In this document: one piece after another, positions 23,899 to 34,800 of the stretch
How the letters are laid out: each line of letters begins with the position of its first letter
Numbering within the stretch: position 1 is the first letter of the stretch
NCBI RefSeq assembly: GCF_003704095.1
Contig: NW_020845410.1
Coordinates: forward strand, 1,302,001-1,366,000
Origin: Pocillopora damicornis
Taxonomy: Eukaryota
Direction of reading: 5' to 3'
DNA length: 64,000 bases
Position numbers and translations under genes: made by a program
The notes under the pieces: generated by a model
What the model saw: only the letters and a program-made list of their open reading frames with translations
Database searches by the model: none
Told to the model about the DNA's origin: nothing

Positions 23899-25742
23899 CC
23901 TGAAATTTTATGTAAAGATAATCGTATGATACTGAGAGAGCAAAGAGAGCAACGCTGTAGTGGATGGATCGGGATGGATACATGGAGGACCAGTGATGCA
24001 CAATTTACTGATTACAGCGAATGTTTTTTTGATTTCCCGCAAGTTGATCAATTTAGCATGACCCCTCACTGAGATAGCTTTTAAATTAAAGCTAAGAGCT
24101 TATTTGTATGTCAAGAGTTTTTAGCAACTTTATTTTTGCAGCTGCTTTTTTATAATTTTTTTCAAGCCGCCTGTTTGTAAATTGAAGATAAATTTGTTAA
24201 CACTCGAAGCGACGCTAGTAGAACAAATGGTAGAATCGATGTGGGTTTAAAATTATTTCTGAAAAAAGGTGAATAAAAGCTTTAGCCATACATGAAATGT
24301 AAGAAATTCTTTATAAAACTGGATGTAACGAAAAATAATATAAAAGAATAACGATGAATTGAAAACCGAGGATTTGATAAGACTCGTTTAACTAAAATCT
24401 CTGTCATTAAAAGTAAACTTTTTGCAATTAAAGTCTACCACGGCGTTTACTGTCGCAAATTGGATGAAAGTAATTATGTTTTTAAAATTAACAATTTTCC
24501 ATGTTGCAAATAATCACATTTTTTGGCGACAAGATCTTTCTCGATGAATTTTACTCTCATTAGTAGTTAACAGAAACTGATGCTCGTTCATTTCACATTA
24601 CTACGCATGCGACAATTCTGACTCAACCAGTTTCTAGTCTTTGACCCAACTAAATCTTCCACAGATCTGCGCTACTTTTAGCTTACGTGACTGGAGGGTT
24701 TGTGTGAATTTAAAAAGCGATGGGCGCAAACCCGTTTGACGCCTCTGGTCAGCACTCCTAATGAAGAGGCTTCTTAGCACAAAAACGTATGTTAGCGCTT
24801 TTTCAGATTTTCCTGTTTGTTTTCACCAGCCAGTCATTTTATTAACAAATATTTTGGATTTGACAAGACCCTCCGCCAAGCGTTCCGCTGGACAAGGAAA
24901 ACGAAGACTCTAGAAACAAGATATTATCGGATCGTGCTTTTCGGTCAATGACTCTGCGTACTGACATAAAACACAATCTTTCATCGAAGTCTAGTCATAA
25001 ACATTGAAAACTATATTTAACTGCAAATTGAACGTCAGACAATATCGATATCAACCGGTTTCAGTGCTGTACGTCGATTTGAGGTTTCGTAACAATCGTA
25101 TTCTCTTTGCGAAATTCATCACTTATTCATAAGGCGTTAGACCATCCAAGCGTCTCTTAATTTCTCGCGAGTTTTAGAAAATACAGGAAGATACATTTCA
25201 AAATTTCGCCACACTCAGCGTAAACTTAAGAATGTGATGATTTTTTTTCTATTTAAAGAAGGATTTAAGCGTCTTACGCTCAGACTGCGAACAATACAAT
25301 AAAACACCTCGTAAAATTTAATTAGTTTAATCTCAAGAGATCTGTTGTACTCTGCCAAAATCAAATAGACATTGTATTTTTTAATGCCTTTATCCAAAAA
25401 AAAACCTCATTGTGGTTTTTGCTGTCGGACATTTTTGGTTGCAGATAAGAGAGTTCCCTTCTTAAATTGCAATTGTGTCAAACCAATCCTTGATATGACT
25501 TCTGCGTTTGCTAATCGCATTTTACTTAATAATTTCGCCGGAAACATCGTAATTAAGCCAACCGCACTCTGAGCAGCCATAGGAAAAAAGCCAGCTGAAA
25601 ACATTCGAGCAATTCAAACTGAAAAACCTGCTAAAAACGCCCAAATACGGCCATGTTGCTCTAGATTTGCCATCAGCCCGTAGACCAGCGGTATATCCAG
25701 AAATAGTTTTGCAGCATTTCGTTTAGTAGAAACCTGCATAAA

Positions 25743-26783
25743 ATGGTGAACAATACATCGTGCTCAGCACTCAACACTAGTTCAGAGATATCTCCTTCCA
25801 AGGCAGAGGGCATTGCACTGTGCAGTGCTTTCATTCTGACATCCGTTTTCAGTGTTGCAGGAAACTCTCTCACCCTTTTTCTCTTTGCAGTCAACAAGAA
25901 ACTTCGTAAAAAGAGTTTATTCCTAGTCATGAACATGGCGTTTGCTGACTTTATGGTAGGAATATTGTGTTTACCCATTTACATTTATTTTGTTGGGGAT
26001 TATTTCCAGCTTTGGACGAATCAATGGGAGGAAATCCATTCATCTGGGTACTACACGTTTATTGACAACACGTTTACCCAGGCTTCCATAATTTCTGCAG
26101 CTTTCATATCCTGTGAAAGATTTTACGCAGTGTACTGGCCTCTTAAGCACCGAACATTAATGCGGGCACACCGTATTGCTGTAATCCTTGCTTGGATCTT
26201 AGCTTTTGTTATTTCTGGGCTCTTGAGTGGACTTTGGCTCTCAGTTTCAACTCCCAAATATTCAATATTTCTTTGGGCGCCGTATATCTTGATTTTAACT
26301 TTTGTCATCTGCTCCGGTAACCTATGCATCTGGAGGAAACTTCGACGGGGAATTCTCGCTTCGCAGCGGAACAAATCAGCGCCCAACAAACGCTTGACAA
26401 AGACTTTACTTTTTGTATCAATTATTTCTTTATTTTCGTGGCTACCTTTAGTTTTTACGAACATTTGGTTGATGTTAACTAGCATCACTTCGATATCATT
26501 AGAAATATATTTCATGGTAAATGTTATCAATTATTCCAACGCATTTATCAATCCAGTTGTATATGTATTGAGGATTCCTGAGTTCAGACAAGCGCTAGGT
26601 ATGTGCTCTTTAAGGAGGGGAAGAGCTAAGATGGAACGTAAAGACAGAGGAAATAACATGACAGGAGTTTTGACGCCATCGTCGGAACTGAAAACGTTTA
26701 GAAAAGATTCAAGGAACCAACAGGGCGTGCAATTCACTACAAGGGAAGACATTGCAGAGGACGTTTTGGATACCGAGCTGTGA
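25743..26783 (+). CDS. Intronless class A GPCR, 346 aa
   Basis: GN, MAFAD, CERF, SWLP, NPVVY; ends DTEL. Confidence 0.95.
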   Translation: MVNNTSCSALNTSSEISPSKAEGIALCSAFILTSVFSVAGNSLTLFLFAVNKKLRKKSLFLVMNMAFADFMVGILCLPIYIYFVGDYFQLWTNQWEEIHSSGYYTFIDNTFTQASIISAAFISCERFYAVYWPLKHRTLMRAHRIAVILAWILAFVISGLLSGLWLSVSTPKYSIFLWAPYILILTFVICSGNLCIWRKLRRGILASQRNKSAPNKRLTKTLLFVSIISLFSWLPLVFTNIWLMLTSITSISLEIYFMVNVINYSNAFINPVVYVLRIPEFRQALGMCSLRRGRAKMERKDRGNNMTGVLTPSSELKTFRKDSRNQQGVQFTTREDIAEDVLDTEL

Positions 26784-28713
26784 TCGTGGCTTGAAAACTC
26801 GAAGTTGCTAATTGTTCTTCCTTTTTCAAATGTCATAAACAAAAACTTTGGTCACTTGATTTTAGCCTTAAAGACGCCCAAACTGCTGACGAACAATATG
26901 CTGCAATCTTTAATCGCTATTGCCTGCAGCGTTATGACGGATTTCGATGATCTGGATGGAAAAATATATGTACAACGGATGTTTGCAAAACAAAAACAAT
27001 CTTAAAAACTATGGCTGGCGAAAGCTTTTACTTTCTTTCAGAAAATCTTCAATCTGATAATGGTCAGGTTCCACTTTTAGTTTCAGATATCACCTCGAGT
27101 AATAAGTAAAATTAGCTTCACGTTCCCTATAGGACGGGATTTCAATGAGTATATTGCTTCTTGAGGGGAACTGAGGAACCGACAAAGATTGATAAATTGT
27201 GCAATATTCGCCGTTCGTTTAAGATATTAAAATTGTTTTACCACAAATTTACCAGCCGATCTGTTGCGACAAATCGTTTCTGGCTACGAATTTCAGGATG
27301 CTGATAGCATTTAAAAAACTGTCCTAATAGGCATCGTAAATAATTTTTTCGAATTTTAAATTGAAGTGTTTATTCAAGGGAGAAAGAGACTTTAACTTAT
27401 TTTACTAAAATATTGATGAGGTAATCATGAATAAAGATGAAAAAAAACAGATTTTAATGACTGCTAAAAGTGCCGATAGCCCAATGTGTCGGCGGTTTAA
27501 TTTGCAAACTATAGAATTTATGTCGGCTATGAATAAATATAGCCTGAGGCTTCGACGTCCATGCAATCATTGGAGATATTTATGCAAATGAGATCCAAAA
27601 CTGAAAACCCATTTCGACTTTCATGTGCTCGACAGTGATAAAATTCCTGGATCGCATTTATTCGATACTTCATTAGCTTCCTGCTTGTCTGGTTCCCAGG
27701 CCTTTACATTTAGCGTGGTCTTTCGTGTTGTTTAGCCCGCGGTTACGTCCCGCCCGAGATGGATTGACCGCGAAGGCCTAAGATGAAAAGCCGTACGTAG
27801 GTAAAATTGCTATCAAATGGACACATGCTTCAAATTTCCCCAAGGCGAAAACGTCAACTTGTTTAAATCCAAATGAATTCGGATTGGTTGGAAGTTATAA
27901 TAATTCGATAGAGTGCGTACAACAAGCTTTAGGCCACCAGCTGTTTCTTGCCACTGAAACCGGGATAAGCAAGCCCTGAAATCTAAAGTCGAGTGTCAAA
28001 ATCCGCACCAACCGCAAGGCTTTTTCTCAACAGCGCCCCTATAACAGGATTAGAAAACCTTCTCAAACAATTACATGTTGGCCAAAACCAACTACAACTC
28101 GTTCACTCGTGTTTTCCCGCGCTCGTGCACTTTATTACGAATTTCAATTCTCAATGATTGGTTTCCCGTGGTATATTTCTTTCCTCTTATTGTTTATGAG
28201 TATTTTAGTGGAAGTTTTACTGCTCGAAAAGGGAAATCATTTTACTAAGAAACTCAGCCTGCCCTACGCTCAAGCCTTCAAGACCGATGTCATTTTTACT
28301 TTAACTAAACGCCCCCCAGAAAAAAACGTCTCACAAGGCTTCAGTTCATCATATTTATTACGAAAAGAGACCGTGGTATTTTCTTTAATGCAGTTGCATC
28401 ACGTTGAGGAACATAAATTGTTACATTTAATGAATCAAGACTTAATTTTTTTGTTTTTTAGAGGCAATCAAGTATCCAAATGCAATATTCTTCTTTATAT
28501 CCCTTTCTGGATGAATAAAAAAAAGGGATGTTGGATTTCCCTATAGGAAGATTATTTGGGGCTACTACCGTCAAATTCTACAGAACTACAGCATGATTCA
28601 GTGTGCAGCACCAATAATGAATGTATCCACCATTGTAGCAAGCCATATTGTCGTCTGCACTTTGTACAATGTCAAATAAAGTCTTCACCAGGGTCTATAT
28701 TCCTTGTTAACTC

Positions 28714-31438
28714 TCATGTATCTCCTTTCTTGGTTACCCTACTTGTGTCTAGTGTCTTATCAGTGTCACCTATGTCTGGTGTCTCTGTTCTACTGCTTAA
28801 ATTCAGACTCTTACTTATTGCGCCTGTATCCTTGTTCCCTTTAACTTCAAAGTCAATGGTGTCTTTTGCCCCCGTCAAATCAGGCAAGTCCACTGTGCCT
28901 CCTGCATTACTTTCTTTGAATTCTTGAGCACCTCTTCCAAACAACCCACTCTGACTATAAGGTGTTTCAGTGACTGTCCTCTCTGTATCAACTGTCTTAT
29001 CTTTTAATCCAGGACAATTTTCCTGACTACTCTTTGCCTCTGCATTTATAGATGCCACAGGCAGAATTGAGTTTCTAACTGATTTATCATCAGTACATTG
29101 GTCTTTAATGCTTTCCTCTCCCAGAAGTTTATAGGACGTTGATTGACTTATGCCACCTTGACATGTGCCTTCTTCAGCACTTTGGTGAATATTTTTTTCT
29201 CCAGTTGCCTGTTCTTGGTTTGAAGGCTGATTGTCTGATTTAAACTCCTGGCTTTCTGTCAATGTGTGAACTGAAGAAGCATCTTCATTCTCAATACTAG
29301 CACCAAGTTCTTCCTCCAGTTTTTGTATACCAGCTGAGACAGCTGACAAATGGAGGAAATAACACAACCCTTGATTAATGGTAATGAGAAATTATGAAGC
29401 ATGGCAGTCATAGCATACAGAGACTCCAATTTCCAAATGATAAAACCCTGGTGTTTTCCTTTAAAACCACAACAGTATTCTGGTCTTCCAGTTGAGCAGT
29501 TAAACACTTTGGAGAATGTTGTAATGATTTGTATCTTGACCCTTTAACCCAAAGAGTGATTGTCACTAAATTTCTCCTAACAGTTTCACCTCTAATTTCA
29601 TAAAAAAAGGTTGTGGTTATTCATCGTGGCGAATAACAATAAAAGCTAAGTTTTTTTGTTTGTCTCATGATGTATTCACGTGCGATGTAGATTGCGACAT
29701 TTCGACTGCATACTGCTAGTCTTCTTAAGGTGATGAGGTCGACTGGTCATGTGTGATCTTATAAAGCATGATGCTCTGCTGTGATTAGTTGGTTTTTTTC
29801 AACAATCAGAGCTGTTCAGTTAAAAACAACTAATCACAGCAGAGCTTCATGCTTTATAAGATTACACATGACCAGTCAACCTCATCGCCTTAAGACTAGC
29901 AGTGTGCAGTTGAAATGTCACAATCTACATCACACGTGACTACATAGTGAGACAAACAAAAAAACTTAGCTTTTATAGTTTCACCTCTGAATCAAATATA
30001 AAGTGCTTTGAATAAGGAAATGAACACTAACTTAAGAGGTTCTTGATTGTTTGACAAATTCTCTTTGTTAATACCATGTGATAAGAGAATATGTTTCTGA
30101 TATAAGGATGCAAAGATTGAAGGCAAATATTCATGTCATCATATGTTATAAGCATAGACTTTGGGTAATGAGCTGGGAGAAGCTTCAGTACTTACCTTCA
30201 AAAGCAGATCCATACTGCTTTGTCAGTTTAGTCTTTAATGTTCTAATAGAAAAAAAAAACAATCACATAAGCAATCAATAATTTATCTTTGACTGTGTTA
30301 TCAGAAACTCATTTCAGGATATGACTCATTTCTCAAGAGCACAAAATTACATCAAGTGCAGTGTAAGAACAACATAAAAATACCAAACTGTTACATAAAG
30401 GACAATGAAAAGGAATTTTGTAAAGTTAAACATGACATTAATAACATGAAATCAATTTGTTCAAATCAAAGGCTCTACATTTTTCACCTTATTCTTCTAA
30501 AGATTGAATCCAAATCTTTTTTCATGTCTAATAACATCTTGGTATGACCCTTCAGTTGATTGTTTAAGTTCAGGAATCTGGCTGCAGACAAATCATTGAA
30601 TTTTCCAAATTTGGCATTCGTCTTCTCAAAGTTTGCTAGCCTGTCAAACAGTAAAAGGAATATCAGAGATTACAGCAATAGTGTTTAAATTTGGCATTCA
30701 TCTTCGCAAAGTCTGAGAACCTATCAAACAGTGATAGGAATATCTAAGATTACAACTATGGTGTTAATTTTCAACAAGTGAAAGACCACGCACACAAGGA
30801 AGAAAAAGCCAGGCTCTTATTTTTCCATTTCTACATGTTTATGTCACTGTATAGAAAATATCAAATTGCAGGCCAAAATACGGCAGAATTTTGTACACCA
30901 AATATTTTCTGTGTTAATGTACAACGAACACCCAACTGACAATAGCTGTCTAACAGCTGTAAAGAAATCGCACACGTTTACTTAAACAATAATAGCAACA
31001 ACATCGGCCAGAATTTTATAAAATTTGAAGGATCGTGGAATTTTCAAAACAATAATACAAAATACGGTAAAATTTCCGCACAGCCTCATCCTACATTATG
31101 CATTCAGTTCTTGGATAGAGAAAACAATGACAAAAACAGTACATTGCCATTGGGAAAACAGATTTGTTTTACAATAGTATGGGGCTGTGCGGAAATTTTA
31201 CCCAAAATACTAACGTTTTTCTCTGTTGCTTAAGAATTGCTTCGACGTCCCCCTTCTTTATCATCCCTTCCATTCTGTGGTAGAAGCTGTCAGATGCCAT
31301 GAACTGATCAGTTCTTCTCTCTGATTCGCGTTCCGCATGTGATGCCGTGGATGGCGATACTTTCCCATCGTTACCACCTCCCCTTTTTTCTGAGTGTCTG
31401 AAAGTATCGCCAATTCTTGAAGTAGAGCTGTACGCCAT
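28714..31438 (-). CDS. KXD1: KxDL motif-containing protein 1 (BORC subunit); exons 31438(or 31300)-31215, 30640-30488, 30242-30196, 29342-28714
   Basis: Spliced product ..[68 protein letters not shown].. matches the KxDL domain; GT-AG introns in frame. Confidence 0.9.
29536..30121. mobile_element. MITE-like repeat in KXD1 intron 3, interrupted by the family-A insertion
   Basis: Ends TTGACCCTTTA.. and ..GCAAAGATTGAA; an oppositely oriented relative lies at about 35087-35285. Confidence 0.55.
29594..29976 (-). mobile_element. Fold-back Penelope-type insertion (family A) with two opposed degenerate hammerhead motifs
   Basis: 12-bp direct repeat AGTTTCACCTCT (29582-29593, 29977-29988); about 155-bp inverted arms (29639-29799, 29822-29976); CCTCATC(A/G)C-CTTAAGA-AGACTAGCAGT..GCAGTC-GAAATGTC; tail CCACGATGAA shared with the 6.1-kb element. 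Confidence 0.88.
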
Positions 31439-31838
31439 CGCAGTGAAAGATAAACCCCTAAAACCTTGAACGAACTCGCTCAAACAAGTTATCCGCCATG
31501 TTTTTACCTGAAGAGGTCTTTTGGGACTGGTTACAAGCAGGCCTCGTTTCTGCTTCATTGTGTCGACCGCTGCCCTATTATCATAAATTTCAAAATGGCA
31601 GAAGGCAGTGGGAAGGCGGGAATTTTGTTCTATTTATTTCTACTGCAGTTTTCGGCATCTTCTTCATCAGCTATAAAGCTTTTTAGCTGACATACTTTCC
31701 TATAAAAGTGTAGTCTTTCAATGACCTTTTACACTTCGTTGCCTCACGAGTCTTGTCTTAGACACGTCTACTTATTCCAACTGATACAACTGTGTAAAGT
31801 AGTGTACGTGGTCACGATATTTGAGCCATATATTTGTC
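31439..31838. promoter_or_regulatory. Probable bidirectional promoter between KXD1 and FAN1
   Basis: Divergent start codons about 400 bp apart; relatively CpG-rich. Confidence 0.65.
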
Positions 31839-34800
31839 ATGAATCGAAAAAGGACGAGGCTGTCTCTCTCCCGGAGAAAGAAGACAAAAATCAGTGAAGT
31901 GGAAGACATGAAGAGTGAGTTGTGCGGCCGAGATGGAAACTCTGAAATTGTAGTTTTTCCTCCAGATGAAAATCCAGTTATTGAATCAAAGCAGAACCAC
32001 GCTGAGGCAAAAGATTCTCAAAGCAACAAAAAAATCAAGTCATCAGGCAAAACAAAAGAAACAACAGGAGTTAATTGCATGGATAACAATAATGGGAACC
32101 CAGCAAATAAGAGAATAGCGACGTGGTTTCTGAAACCATGCAGTCCAAAATCAGTTTCTTGTCCATTGTGTGGAAAACTTGCAATTCTTTCCAAGATAAA
32201 CCAACATTTAGACAGCAACTGTAAACTACACTTAGCTCTACTTATAGCTGAAGATTGTACAGCTAATGAACTTGCTGGAGCACACAGTTGTTCTCCATGC
32301 AGTTCAGACTACTCAGCAAAAGAGGTACTAAAGCCAAGTTACCAGAATGCAGACAGGAAAGAAAATAGGTCAGAATGTTACAAACCCTGTGTGAAAAGTC
32401 CAGAATCAAGGGATGAAAATTTAGCCCTTGAGGGTGTTTCTTCTATCTTAAAACCTGCAAATGAAAGAAATGATTTTATCCCCTTGAAGAAAATGTCACG
32501 GAAGATGGATAGTAAGAAACAAAGTCCTTTTGCCATGGATGAAGAAAGCTACATTGAATCCAGTAGTGATTGTGATCAAGGTACTGCATGTCAGGAACCA
32601 TGTGATACATTTGCAACTCTTTCTAGGGAAGGAAAATCAATTCACAATGATGGCAATGATCCAAATGAAGTTCAAGCATCTAACATAAACTTAACAGAAG
32701 ATGTTTCTGAAAATTCCAAGGAGAAAGAAGACAAAGACCATGAACCATACTATTTAGCTAATTTTAAGCTTGTAGTGAACAATGTCTTGTCAAACAAGGA
32801 TGACAGGCAGTTGTTCAATGAAGAAGATAATGGTATAATTGATGCTTTCAATGTCATGTCTTCAGAGGAGCAGAAGCTGTATATCCGTCTTTTCCAGCGT
32901 AAACATGGATGGTTTAGGTGCAGCAAACTGGAATATCTGAGGATCAGTAACAATCTGACACCAATATTAAAGTCTCTTGCAGAGAAAGGTTAAATCTCTT
33001 ATTTTAAATGTTTTTGTGAAGTCAGAATAACATGGTGAATGGCAGGAGTATGAGGCCTGGGTGGAATGGGGGGGGGGGGCTGGGTTGCAGAAAAGTGTCA
33101 ATTGGAATAAGAGTGGGAAGAGAGGCTGACAAACAAACACAGGACCTCAGGGTACATGTATGCTTTTATGGTAAAAGTTGTCCCCAAGGGGCTTCAAAGT
33201 GTTGACATTGGCTTCAATTTGAATTAGCTCCCTTCTACAGTACCTCTCAGTTATGCTGTAGGGTCCATTGACTTACTCAATACCCTTTCCAGCAAAATGT
33301 TAACCACAAGCTCACAAAATTGTGGTATGCATCAGGAAAACCTCTGTCCAAATCAGGCACCTACATGTAACTTATAGATACTTTCATTCATGGGAACGAG
33401 TATGATCCCTTTGTCCTGTTATCCACTATTGTTACCCACTCTGTAACATTACTGAGTACAGATTCCAATAAGCTCTTTTCAGTCCCATGAATTGAAATAA
33501 AATAATGAGTTCAAAAGAAACATGTAGAGAATTACCATCCCCCTTTTTCCTTATAGGTTTTTTAGAAGACGAAAGTCATCTCAGAGATCTCCGGGAGGCA
33601 TTAAATCTTTCAGCAGCTCCAGACTTAAAACTTTTGGTCAAAACTCTTCATATTTCATCAAAATCTGTTGGCCAGAAGGGGGGAACCAAGGAAGACACAA
33701 TAGAAATGATTGTTAACCATGCCGAGAACCAAAAGACACTCTTTGGAAGTTCTAAAGCTGTTGTTTTAAAGAGGTAAGAATTTGACTGTCAAATGAGAAT
33801 TCATTCAATAGTAGTTTGAACATTTACATGTTTGTGTAGTTTACTCAGGAGGTGTAGAGATGGCTAAGAGATAAATTTTTAGCAGCAAGCGGTGTGTTTC
33901 TGTCCATCGTTTTATTTGACTGTCCAGTGATATGATTGGTAATCACTCATGATAAATTACATGTACTAGTGTGCAGCAATAAAAGCCAAAGTATGTTAAC
34001 TCTATATGTAGTCTTTTTTTGAAGTTTTGTTTTGTCATTCATTTATTTTCTGTAGGGTTAAGCAAGCCCTTGGTTGTTGTGTGAGACTGGCAGCTTATCC
34101 CAAAGATGTGTTCAGCAGACTTCTTTTGTTGTTTAGTATGAATGTTATCCCAGATGATGAAGACTCCTCAAACAATGGACAGGCGCAGCAATTGTAAGAA
34201 TCTTTCACTATCTGATACCAGTTTTTGAGATTCATGAAGAAAATGGTGAGGGCTTGAAAAAGCTTTGCAATTTTATTACACAAAAATTTCACAGTTTTTA
34301 CTCACTGTAACTGGTCTAACTGATCTATAACAAATCTTAATGCCACACAAACCTGAATATACATGAATGTCACCAGTATTTATCAGTTGTGGCTCATTTT
34401 GATTACTTGCTGTTTTCCAATGCTCTACAATGTACATATACATCTGATTTTCAGGTCAACACTCTACCTTGCTAATATTGGTAAAGTTGTCTACCCAGCA
34501 TATGTGATTGACAGACCAACACCAGTTTTCCACTCTCGAGATAGCCTCATCCAATTCTCTGAAGCGTATCAGCATAAGTATGAGATGCTTGTAGCGCTTG
34601 AAAATAAGAACTTTGAACAAGCCTATATTTACTATCCAGAAGCTTCAAAGAAATTTGATGATATTCTGGCCAAGCTGAAAAATTGTTCAGAAATCTCTGC
34701 TGCACTACTCCCAGGCCACTTGCGATGCTTCACTGCTGAGTGGGCCATCACTAAGATGTGTTATTATGGAGTGGAACTGTTACAGAAATGGCGAAAGTAT

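Noticed and set aside
15969-26842. Recurrent antisense and alternate-frame ORFs over the GPCR genes
   Set aside because: Shadow ORFs of paralogous coding sequence; lengths and starts are not conserved
28109-28927. Plus-strand ORFs of 145 and 123 aa
   Set aside because: Non-ATG starts, no motifs, and they overlap a repeat and the KXD1 last exon/3' UTR in antisense
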